From contig JAYTSD010000011.1 of NCBI GenBank assembly GCA_043745805.1, positions 1-49,051 on the forward strand: a DNA stretch of 49,051 nucleotides, written 5' to 3'. The position numbers were made by a program, and so were the translations under genes. The notes below the pieces were generated by a model. It did no database searches. It was not told the origin of the DNA and was given only the letters and a program-made list of their open reading frames with translations. Positions 1 through 8,397 of this stretch are shown in pieces. Numbering within the stretch: position 1 is the stretch's first letter; the number at the start of each line of letters is the position of its first letter. This stretch comes from Fibrobacteria bacterium (lineage in GTDB: Bacteria; Fibrobacterota; Fibrobacteria; UBA11236).

Positions 1-99
1 TCAGATGGGAAACGAATAAAACAAGAAATGGACTCTTGGATATGAGTCTAAAACAAGATTACCAACATAAAAAGTGTAAACATTTTTTAGGACTTGACC

Positions 100-146
100 G
101 AATTCTGTGCCCCTATAAAAACGCGGGATCCTCGTCCACCCCCTCA
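100..146. repeat. Left arm of a 47-bp inverted repeat containing half of a GTAG-type REP palindrome
   Basis: Reverse complement of 100-146 matches 902-948 at 43/47 positions. Confidence 0.9.
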
Positions 147-148
147 AA

Positions 149-712
149 TTATTTGTGGAATAATTTTTTCTGGAAATAATTTCTTTGCGTACTGTTTAAA
201 AAACTTCTTCCTTGAATATCATAATTTAAAACGTCGTCTTTCGCATTTCTTATAGCATTTACTCTTATTTTTTTCTTCGGAGAGATGCCCAAGGGTTTTT
301 CATAAAACGAAAATGTTGCATGAAATTTTAGGCTGTCATTTTGAATGGCTGTAACTTGCATGTATATGGTTTTTCCACTAGAGTCTTTGAGCTCGAATTG
401 ATCTTTTCCGTAGAAGAATTCTTCGGTCGACTGATTAATTTCTGTGCAAGCAGAAGTTTTGTGCCAAATAAAAAAACGCACATTCGAATTTAAAGGCTTC
501 GTAACATCAATAATGCCGTAGGTATGGCTTGGACATGAGGGTGTTAGTGCCAAGGTGTAATTAAAAGCTATTCCAAAACGACTTATTGCAATTGGATTTA
601 ACTCTGGTGACCCACTGCGTGATGGCTTGGGAAGCGTTATCACAGTATCCAATAATGATGCATTAGATAAAGAAGCGAATACAAATAGTAGTAGATACTT
701 AATTATTTTCAT
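149..712 (-). CDS. Secreted hypothetical protein with basic C-terminal tail (YDIQGR motif)
   Basis: 187-aa ORF; signal-peptide-like N-terminus MKIIKYLLLFVFASLSNA; AAGGGG upstream of ATG; tail resembles FCB-type C-terminal sorting sequences. Confidence 0.75.
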   Translation of the reverse strand: MKIIKYLLLFVFASLSNASLLDTVITLPKPSRSGSPELNPIAISRFGIAFNYTLALTPSCPSHTYGIIDVTKPLNSNVRFFIWHKTSACTEINQSTEEFFYGKDQFELKDSSGKTIYMQVTAIQNDSLKFHATFSFYEKPLGISPKKKIRVNAIRNAKDDVLNYDIQGRSFLNSTQRNYFQKKLFHK

Positions 713-901
713 TTTGACACCCTTTTCATTAAATCTGATTATTACCCGAATTCATTTTCAACTAGCAATATAAGCGCCAACAGAATTATGCGTAAAAATC
801 GATTTTTATCCATAAGTTTTTTGAGTTGCTCAAAAAACTAGCAGACAGGTGGTCAACTTTTAATCGATAGACAATTTTCAATAAACATTTCGCCATCAAT
901 A

Positions 902-959
902 TGACGGGGTGTACGAGGATCCCGCGTTTTCGTAGGGGCACAGAATTCTGTGCCCCTAC
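902..959. repeat. Right inverted-repeat arm ending in a perfect 28-bp REP-like palindrome
   Basis: 932-959 GTAGGGGCACAGAATTCTGTGCCCCTAC is a perfect palindrome with GTAG/CTAC ends; 902-948 mirrors 100-146. Confidence 0.9.
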
Positions 960-997
960 TCCAACAAACAAACGTGAGGCCGAGGCCAGGGGTAAAC

Positions 998-2881
998 CTA
1001 CCCCTTAATCAAAACCTCAGTCAATAAAGCATTCACCTTGGTCACGTAACCTGCAGGATCCTTAATCTCCGAGCCTTCGGCCAGCAAGGCTTGATCAACA
1101 AGCAATTCAAACCATTGTTTAAGCTTGGGACTTTCGGCATCCGCTTCATACACTTTGTTTAAGTTTTCCAAAATCGGATGATTAGGATTAATTTCCAAAA
1201 TGCGTTTTTGAGCTTGTACTTTTTGATTCGCCATTTTTAAAATGCGTTCCATATTCGCACCCATATCTTGTTCGTCGGCGACCAAGCAGCAGGGACTTTC
1301 TTTTAAGCGCGAGGTAATACGCACTTCTTTCAAAATATCTTGCATTTGATCTTCAAATTTTTTCATGAAATTTTTGAACTTGCCTTGATCCGCTTTTTGT
1401 TGCTTTTTTTCTTCTTTGGACAAGTCGCCCAAATCCAAATCACCCTTAGTCACATTGGCTAATTTCTTGCCATCAAATTCCGTAAGGCTTTGTACTACCC
1501 ATTCGTCGATAGGGTCAATCATATACAGCACTTCAATCTCTTTATTTTTGAACACTTCGAGATGCGGGCTATTTTCTACGGCTTGACGACTTTCGCCGGA
1601 GATATAATAAATCTCTTTTTGACCTTCTTTCATGCGTAACACGTATTCCTCAAGGCCGGCATATTCGTCTTTAGCTAATTTGCTGGATTCAAAGCGAATG
1701 AGACGTTTTAATTCATCGAGATTTTCCCAATTCATGTGAAAGCCTTCTTTCATCACGGGGCCAAATTCTTTCCAGAATTTTTTATAGTCCTCGGGTTTTT
1801 CCTTCGCCATGGTTTCGAGCAAGGTGAGGATTTTTTTCACCGAAGCTTTTTGGATTTTTTGAATCACGGCATTCTTTTGCAAAATTTCGCGCGAGACATT
1901 GAGCGGCAAATCTTCGGAATCCACTACACCTTTAGCGAAACGCAAATAATTAGGCAAGAGATCCTTGCAATCATTCATGATAAAAACACGTTTCACATAA
2001 AGGCTTAAGCCATTATGTTTTTCCGGTTGATATAAATCATAAGGCGCTTTGCCAGGAATATAAAACAAAGTAGTGTATTCCAGCGAACCTTCTACTTGAT
2101 TATGTGTATAAGCTAATGGATCTTCTTGATCAAAACTTAAATGTTTATAAAACTCGTGATATTGCTCAGGTGTGATTTCCCCTTTGGAGCGACGCCAAAT
2201 AGGAGGCTTATCATTTAGGATTTCTTCTTTACCTTCGGCTTCAATTAAGGCGATAGGATGCGAAATATATTCGCTGTATTTGCGAATAATCGATTTTACT
2301 TTCCATTCATCCAAAAATTCTTTTTCTTCTTCTTTTAAATGAATAATGAGTTCAGTGCCGCGATCTGTTTTGTCGCTTTCTTCTAAAGTAAAGGATCCAT
2401 CGCCTTCGGATTCCCAGCGCATGGCTGGTTCCGTGGAGCCTAAGCGCTTAGTATTTAAAGTCACTTTATCGGCTACCATGAATACGGAGTAAAAGCCTAC
2501 GCCGAATTGGCCAATCAAGCTCATATCTTTTTTCTGATCGCCGGTTAATTTTTCTACAAATTTTTTGGTACCTGAGCTGGCAATAGTACCAATATTATTA
2601 ATCAATTCTTGACGCGTCATGCCCACGCCATTATCCACAATTTTAATAATGCTTTTTTCTTTATCGATAGAAATTTGAATTTTGAAATTCTTTTCTTCGC
2701 CCAAAACTTCGAGTTGGGTTAAGCTTTCATAACGCGCTTTATCAATAGCATCGGAGGAATTGGACACAAGTTCACGCAAAAAGATTTCCTTATTACTGTA
2801 TAAGGAATGAATCATCAAATGTAAAAGCTGTTTAACCTCGGTTTGAAATTCCATTTTTTCTGGTGCGGCGGCAGTTGTCAT
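998..2881 (-). CDS. htpG: Molecular chaperone HtpG (Hsp90)
   Basis: FQTEVKQLLHLMIHSLYSNKEIFLRELVSN, IGQFGVGFYS and DSEDLPLNVSREILQ Hsp90 motifs; AGGAG RBS. Confidence 0.98.
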   Translation of the reverse strand: MTTAAAPEKMEFQTEVKQLLHLMIHSLYSNKEIFLRELVSNSSDAIDKARYESLTQLEVLGEEKNFKIQISIDKEKSIIKIVDNGVGMTRQELINNIGTIASSGTKKFVEKLTGDQKKDMSLIGQFGVGFYSVFMVADKVTLNTKRLGSTEPAMRWESEGDGSFTLEESDKTDRGTELIIHLKEEEKEFLDEWKVKSIIRKYSEYISHPIALIEAEGKEEILNDKPPIWRRSKGEITPEQYHEFYKHLSFDQEDPLAYTHNQVEGSLEYTTLFYIPGKAPYDLYQPEKHNGLSLYVKRVFIMNDCKDLLPNYLRFAKGVVDSEDLPLNVSREILQKNAVIQKIQKASVKKILTLLETMAKEKPEDYKKFWKEFGPVMKEGFHMNWENLDELKRLIRFESSKLAKDEYAGLEEYVLRMKEGQKEIYYISGESRQAVENSPHLEVFKNKEIEVLYMIDPIDEWVVQSLTEFDGKKLANVTKGDLDLGDLSKEEKKQQKADQGKFKNFMKKFEDQMQDILKEVRITSRLKESPCCLVADEQDMGANMERILKMANQKVQAQKRILEINPNHPILENLNKVYEADAESPKLKQWFELLVDQALLAEGSEIKDPAGYVTKVNALLTEVLIKG

Positions 2882-2976
2882 ATTAACTCTCCTATTAAAA
2901 GTTTTGGCCCATAATCATTCGGCCTGTTAAATCGGGGTTAATTTAAAAAAATACGCAGGCTTCGACAAAAGATTCC

Positions 2977-3312
2977 TTATGTCCAAGTTTTCCATATATT
3001 GGGTTCAAAACCTAAAGTGGCCTGCGTTCCATTTCGCACCACAGGCGTTTTTATCAGCAGGGAATCTTCTTCTAATACCTTTGGAATACGTGACGGCGAC
3101 ATAAATGCCAAACCTTTTTCTTTAAAGCGTTTGCTGTCTTTATCCAATAATTTTTCAATGCCAATAGGGCGAGCCACGGCTTCTAATTCGCGAGGCGAAA
3201 AACCTTTGATTTTTAAATCAATAAATTGAAAAGGAATGCGATGTTCTTTGAAATAACGCTCGGCCTTACGGCTATCGGCACAATCGCGTCTACCGAAAAT
3301 TTGAATATTCAT
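2977..3312 (-). CDS. ArsC/Spx/YffB-family thioredoxin-fold protein
   Basis: MNIQIFGRRDCADSRKAERYF...LIKTPVV; start moved to ATG 3312, which overlaps the upstream TGA (ATGA). Confidence 0.85.
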   Translation of the reverse strand: MNIQIFGRRDCADSRKAERYFKEHRIPFQFIDLKIKGFSPRELEAVARPIGIEKLLDKDSKRFKEKGLAFMSPSRIPKVLEEDSLLIKTPVVRNGTQATLGFEPNIWKTWT

Positions 3313-3641
3313 TTTATGGCGGTTTGGAAAAAATTCTGAATAGGGGGATAATGCACGGAAAGAAATCCGAGAAAACAAAATAAGGCCAGTAATCCGGCGA
3401 GTATAGCATAAATCCAGCCTAAAATAAGCTCGGTAATGAACCACGATCCCAAAACGATGATAATGGTTAAACCATAAATCACTAAACTGACCACCGGATC
3501 ATGAAAGGCTCCAAAATATGCGGAAACCATACCTTCCCAATGCTTAGGGAGATTGTCACGCACCACATTGCTTTGCCAAATCAAAAAACCGCTGGCCGCT
3601 AAAGAGAGGGAAGAAAGAATGGATAAAATCAATTTAATCAT
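3309..3641 (-). CDS. Small hypothetical membrane protein
   Basis: About three hydrophobic segments from MIKLILSILSSL; stop coupled to the ArsC-like start; start choice inferred. Confidence 0.65.
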   Translation of the reverse strand: MIKLILSILSSLSLAASGFLIWQSNVVRDNLPKHWEGMVSAYFGAFHDPVVSLVIYGLTIIIVLGSWFITELILGWIYAILAGLLALFCFLGFLSVHYPPIQNFFQTAIK

Positions 3642-3749
3642 AGCGCAAAAATAGTTATTTATGCATTCATTTTCTGGCCTTGTTCCGTGGATAAATCGTT
3701 CATGGATAAGAATGGCAAATTTTATTTTAAAATGGTGATGAGGATTTTT

Positions 3750-4412
3750 GTGCAAAAGATTGTTTTGAATAGCTTAGAAGAAGTAATTCGCGAAAGCGCA
3801 CTCTTGGTAAAAGGCCCTCATGTGGCGGTTTCGGGCGGTAGCACGTATGCAAAACTTTTTGCAGGGTGGACCAAGAATTTCGAAAATCAAGGTTCAGTTC
3901 GTTTGCAGGAGATTAAGAAAATAAATTTTTTCCCTGTAGATGAGCGACAAGTGGGATTCGAGGAGCCAGGGAATAATTGGAAGGTGGCCTTTGATCAGCT
4001 ATTGGCACCAGTTGGAATCCCGGAACAAAAAAGTAACATGGCAGTTACGGCCAAACAATTCGAAACCTTGCTACACAAAAAAATGGGTGAGCAACCAGTA
4101 TTCAATCAAATATTTTTGGGCATGGGCGATGATGGACATACAGCCTCTTTGTTTCCTGGCACTGCGCCCTTGCTGGATAGAAAGTCTTTGGTATTGGAAA
4201 CTATTAGCCCTAAAACGCCCTTTCCAAGGGTAACCTTGGGGTTTCGTCCCATTTGGGAATGTGAAGAGTTGATTGTTATTGCCTTAGGAGCCGATAAAAC
4301 GCCGATGGTAAAAAGAATGTTACAGGGCGATATGAGTCTTCCCATTACTATGGCCTTGGCGGGACATACGCGCGCCACTTTAATATTGGATAAAGCGGCT
4401 GCAGGAGAATAA
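3750..4412 (+). CDS. pgl: 6-phosphogluconolactonase
   Basis: VSGGST, VDERQV, LGMGDDGHTASLFPG and PRVTL motifs; GTG start at 3750 after GAGGA. Confidence 0.9.
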   Translation: MQKIVLNSLEEVIRESALLVKGPHVAVSGGSTYAKLFAGWTKNFENQGSVRLQEIKKINFFPVDERQVGFEEPGNNWKVAFDQLLAPVGIPEQKSNMAVTAKQFETLLHKKMGEQPVFNQIFLGMGDDGHTASLFPGTAPLLDRKSLVLETISPKTPFPRVTLGFRPIWECEELIVIALGADKTPMVKRMLQGDMSLPITMALAGHTRATLILDKAAAGE

Positions 4413-4509
4413 AAAAGGCGCCTAATCTTTTAAGGAGTGGGCTCTTTTGGGGACCACTTCGATTAATTTGTATTTATTACCTATAACCTTTGTACTCAAG
4501 GGAGTGACC

Positions 4510-5208
4510 ATGAAAAAGTTTTTAGTATTCAGTATAAGCTTAATGCTTATGCATTGCGTTTCTCCGCAAGTCAACGAACGCTTAGCCAAAATTGAAGCGA
4601 AACAGGACTCCCTTTTAATGATTCTCAGCTCAATGCAAGATAAAAATGACTATATGGCGCATCGCATGGGTTGGCGTCCTCCCGCCGATACCAATGCTAA
4701 AGTTATTCCTTTAGGAAATGCCTTTTCCCAAGGAGCCGCTAATCCGATTCTAACCATTGTGGAGTTTTCCGATTTACAATGCCCTTATTGTGCGCAAGTC
4801 ACTCCCATTTTAGATTCCTTACTCCGTATGTATCCCAATGATGTGAAACTGGTGTTTAAAAACTTCCCTCTGAGTTTTCATGAACATGCCAAAGAAGCAG
4901 CAGCAGCGGCCATTGCTGCAGGTAAACAAGGGAAGTTTTATGAATTTAAGAGTCAATTGGCTCCGAATTATCGAAATTTAAACGATTCTGCCTATACGGT
5001 CGCGGCAAAGGCGATTGGTTTGGATATGGTACTTTTCAAAAAAGATAAGGTTTTAACTCCCGAAATCGAAAAAATTTTGCAAGGTGATATGGCTTTAGGG
5101 GCTCAATTAGGGGTTGAAGGGACGCCAACTCTCTTTGTGAATGGTCATTTAGCCCAAGATAGGTCTTATGAATATTTTTCAGGGCTTATTTCCAAAAAGC
5201 ATCCTTAA
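4510..5208 (+). CDS. DsbA-family thiol-disulfide oxidoreductase, exported (possible lipoprotein)
   Basis: EFSDLQCPYC active site; GVEGTPTLFVNG cis-Pro loop; signal peptide followed by Cys; GGAG RBS before ATG 4510. Confidence 0.88.
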   Translation: MKKFLVFSISLMLMHCVSPQVNERLAKIEAKQDSLLMILSSMQDKNDYMAHRMGWRPPADTNAKVIPLGNAFSQGAANPILTIVEFSDLQCPYCAQVTPILDSLLRMYPNDVKLVFKNFPLSFHEHAKEAAAAAIAAGKQGKFYEFKSQLAPNYRNLNDSAYTVAAKAIGLDMVLFKKDKVLTPEIEKILQGDMALGAQLGVEGTPTLFVNGHLAQDRSYEYFSGLISKKHP

Positions 5209-5269
5209 AAGCATTTTGGGCATCGGGATGAAAAAAAGTGCAAGTTTTTTTTAACATTTTGCACTTTCC

Positions 5270-5298
5270 TTGACCTTTAAGTTGTTTTTAACTATGGT
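5270..5298 (+). promoter_or_regulatory. Sigma70-type promoter of the RRM gene
   Basis: TTGACC-N17-TATGGT, immediately preceded by inverted repeat AAAGTGCAA/TTGCACTTT (5235-5267). Confidence 0.55.
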
Positions 5299-5459
5299 TA
5301 TGCATGAGCCATCTATGAAGCGCAATAAATCACATCCATTGTTTTCATCAGATGCCTCGGAGTGGATTAAAATTCATTCCCACATCCTTATGACAGATCT
5401 GCCTGAGGACTAAGAATAAACTTCCATTCATTAACATTAATTTATCCTCAGGAGAGTAT

Positions 5460-5825
5460 ATGAATCTATTTGTCGGCAATTTAGCCCCAGGCGTCTCACA
5501 AGACGATCTCGAAGAGATCTTCGGTCAGTTCGGACGCGTTTCGTCCGCTAAAGTTATGAAAGATCGCGAAACTGGCGCATCGCGCGGTTTCGGTTTTGTT
5601 GAAATGCAGGAAAAGCATGAAGCTGATGCAGCCATGCAAAAGCTAAATGGTGCCGAACTTAAAGGCAATTCCATCAAAGTGAACGAAGCTCGTCCACGTG
5701 AAGAAGGTGGCGGCGGCGGTTTCCGTGGTGGTCGTGGCGGTTCCGGCGGCGGTGGCGGCGGTGGCGGTGGCAATCGCTTCGGCGGCGGTGGCGGCGGTGG
5801 CGGCGGCGGCGGACGTCGTTTCTAA
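5460..5825 (+). CDS. RRM RNA-binding protein with glycine-rich tail
   Basis: RNP2 LFVGNL, RNP1 RGFGFVEM, KVNEARP, Gly/Arg tail; AGGAG RBS. Confidence 0.95.
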   Translation: MNLFVGNLAPGVSQDDLEEIFGQFGRVSSAKVMKDRETGASRGFGFVEMQEKHEADAAMQKLNGAELKGNSIKVNEARPREEGGGGGFRGGRGGSGGGGGGGGGNRFGGGGGGGGGGGRRF

Positions 5826-5834
5826 ATAAAATGG

Positions 5835-5862
5835 GCCTCTGTTTCGACAGAGGCTTTTTTTT
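5835..5862 (+). terminator. Rho-independent terminator
   Basis: GCCTCTGT-TTCG-ACAGAGGC followed by 8 T. Confidence 0.9.
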
Positions 5863-6192
5863 GTCCGTAAATTTCGCTCGAAATATTTTTGGAGTATTAA
5901 CCTGTATGTTAACCCCTTGTTTCAGCTAGAAAGTTTTCACATTTTGAATTTGATGGTGACATTTTATTCTTAACGAAAAACCATAGTATCGATTACAAAT
6001 TTGAAAGTCCTAAGTGTTATCGTATTGGGCTTAGGAATCGCAACAGGATTGATTCCTTTTGATAATTAAGGCAATCCGAAAAAAGGTGACCGATAAAAAT
6101 TACAAGGGTAGTTAACTTTGAAAGGCTTGGTGGGACATGCGTGCTGCCATCATTTCATGTCATTTTAGGGTAACTCTGTAATATAAAGAAAA

Positions 6193-6545
6193 ATGACAAT
6201 AAAAAGAATTCATTATGTATCGGGATTGACGATTACAATATTTGTCGGACTCCATTTATTTAATCATGTTTTTAGCATCTTCGGCGCAGACAAGCACATT
6301 CAAATTATGAACTCGTTAAGGCTTTTTTATCGTAACATATTTTTTGAGACAATTTTGTTGAGTGCAGTACTTATTCAAATATTTTCAGGGCTTCAGCTTT
6401 TCAAAACCAACAGAAAAATGGCGACATCAATTTATGATAGGTTACATATTTGGACTGGACTCTATTTAGCTATTTTCTTCATTATCCATTTGTAATTATT
6501 TCCTTCTTTGGACATATTACTTGTATTCATAATAAAAAAATGCCC
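6193..6545 (+). pseudogene. Disrupted membrane-protein gene
   Basis: ORF 6193-6495 stops right after a hydrophobic His-containing helix (FFIIHL*); a similar segment VIISFFGHITCIHNKKM follows in another frame, suggesting a deletion or frameshift. Confidence 0.55.
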
Positions 6546-6575
6546 GATATAGTATTGGCAAAAAAAGGGAATCCA

Positions 6576-6962
6576 ATGAATTGGCGCTTAATTACTGCTT
6601 CTTTACTAGCCGCATTTACTACCGTCATACATATTTTTTGGGGTGGTCGGGATGTAGTTGAACCCTTGTTAACATCTTCAATGGCTGCAGAGCCAAAGAT
6701 GACGCTTTATGCGGTGTGGCATATGGCCTCTTTTTCGCTATTTATTTCGGCGCTTTTCTTGTTTATGGGAGCCTTTCCGAAAAACAAAACTTCTTTACGA
6801 TACGTAGTAAACTTCATTTCGATTTTATGGATTGGATTTGCAATAATCTTTGTTTTAATTGCACTACTTCAATCAGGAAATGGATGGCTTATGAAGTTAC
6901 CGCAGTGGATATTACTCGCCCCTGTCGGAATTCTTGGTTTGTGGAGATTCAATAAACCATAA
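6576..6962 (+). CDS. Hypothetical four-TM membrane protein
   Basis: MNWRLITASLLAAFTTVIHIFWGG...WH...PQW; AAGGGA RBS before ATG 6576. Confidence 0.75.
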   Translation: MNWRLITASLLAAFTTVIHIFWGGRDVVEPLLTSSMAAEPKMTLYAVWHMASFSLFISALFLFMGAFPKNKTSLRYVVNFISILWIGFAIIFVLIALLQSGNGWLMKLPQWILLAPVGILGLWRFNKP

Positions 6963-7085
6963 ATACAAACATGAACTGAAATGAAAAATGACACATAAAA
7001 AAATAATATCTATAAGCAAGTTTTAAATTCACTTATGCGGCCTGAATAGATTTTCTAACTTAAGCTCTTAACCCAGGGGATACGT

Positions 7086-7370
7086 ATGATCATTCGCAAT
7101 CAAAAGGATTTTGAAGCATTAAAACTAATTGGTCAAATAGTCGCAAAGGCATTAAATAAAATGAAGTCTAGTATTGAACAGGGAATAACTACCAGAGAGC
7201 TCCATGAAATCGGAAAAATAGTGTTGGATGAATATGGCGCTATTTCTGCACCTAAATCTGTTTATGGTTTTCCCGGAACCACTTGCATAAGTGTAAATGA
7301 ATATGTTGCCCAATACGAACATTCCATTGTTATTACTGATTCAGAACCCATTATTTTAACGCAAATATAG
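7086..7370 (+). pseudogene. map: Methionine aminopeptidase type I with a large in-frame internal deletion
   Basis: N-terminal GITTREL...YGFPGTTCISVNE joined directly to C-terminal YVAQYEHSIVIT; 94 aa versus ~250 aa typical. Confidence 0.85.
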
Positions 7371-7487
7371 TTTTCGGAAAATTAAAAATTTGAAGCTACA
7401 ATTCCCAATTGATACGGCCAAGACACTAGTACTGGAGTATTTCCCCTTAAGGTAAAACGATCAAGAGATCCGGAACAGGAATATAGA

Positions 7488-8336
7488 ATGAAGTTTTTTA
7501 TAACCGGGGCAACCGGCAATGTCGGAAATGCAATTATTTCCCATGCCGATAATTTCGGTTTTGAAATAACGGCTGGTGTCAGAAACATTGAAAAAGCAAA
7601 AGGGATTGATTTATTATCAAAAACGCAATTGGTACATTTCGATTTTGATAGTATTGATAATTCTACTATTCCTAATAATTTGGATATTGTTTTTTTAATG
7701 CGGCCGCCGCAAATTACCGACCCACTCTTATTCGCCAGAATTCTTGAAAAGCTACAAGTCAATAAGCCGCATATAATCTTTCTCTCGATACAGGGTGCCG
7801 ATAAAAAAGAATTCACACCTCACAGGAAAATTGAGCATCAAATTGTCAAGTCTGGTTTGAATTACACCTTCATTCGGCCAAGTTATTTTATGGAAAATTT
7901 GACAACCACATTAAATTACGAAATCAGGAAGAATCATCGGATTTTTTTGCCGTCTGGTCGAATGAAATTAAATTGGCTAAGTGTTGACGATGTGGGCGAA
8001 TTAATTTGTCATATTGCACAAGAGCCTAAAAAGTTTATTAATGTTGCTATAGAAGTTACGGGTAACGAAAATCATGATTTTACTAAGGTCACAGCAATTA
8101 TAAATCTGGCATGTGGAACGAATTTAAAATACGCAAATCCTAGCTTAATTTCGTATGTGCTTTATATGTTGTATCGGAAGGAAAAACTAAGTTTTATTGC
8201 GATAATGCTTCTTCTTCATTGGCTGCCTAAATTTGGAAAAGACCCTATAATAACAGATCGCTTTAAGGAAATTGTTCACAGAAATCCATTGAAATTAGAG
8301 GCGTTTACTTTCGCAAATAAATTAAAATTTCTTTGA
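7488..8336 (+). CDS. NmrA-family NAD(P)-binding protein (atypical SDR)
   Basis: ITGATGNVG Rossmann motif; PHRKIE and YTFIRPSYFMEN. Confidence 0.88.
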   Translation: MKFFITGATGNVGNAIISHADNFGFEITAGVRNIEKAKGIDLLSKTQLVHFDFDSIDNSTIPNNLDIVFLMRPPQITDPLLFARILEKLQVNKPHIIFLSIQGADKKEFTPHRKIEHQIVKSGLNYTFIRPSYFMENLTTTLNYEIRKNHRIFLPSGRMKLNWLSVDDVGELICHIAQEPKKFINVAIEVTGNENHDFTKVTAIINLACGTNLKYANPSLISYVLYMLYRKEKLSFIAIMLLLHWLPKFGKDPIITDRFKEIVHRNPLKLEAFTFANKLKFL

Positions 8337-8397
8337 TATTGTCTCTCGTGAATTGGAACAGCCTAAATAAATACTCTAGTGAAAATAAGGGAAACGT

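Noticed and set aside
1-45. Possible 3' end of an upstream plus-strand gene (SDGKRIKQEMDSWI*)
   Set aside because: Only 14 codons visible; cannot be supported or named.
786-971. 61-aa minus-strand ORF
   Set aside because: Runs through the REP-like repeat; no RBS or recognisable motif.
5525-5773. Proline-rich antisense ORF
   Set aside because: Mirror of the GGC/GGT glycine codons of the RRM tail.
5940-6069. Short hydrophobic frame ending VLSVIVLGLGIATGLIPFDN*
   Set aside because: No convincing start or RBS; may be a gene remnant but is unassignable.
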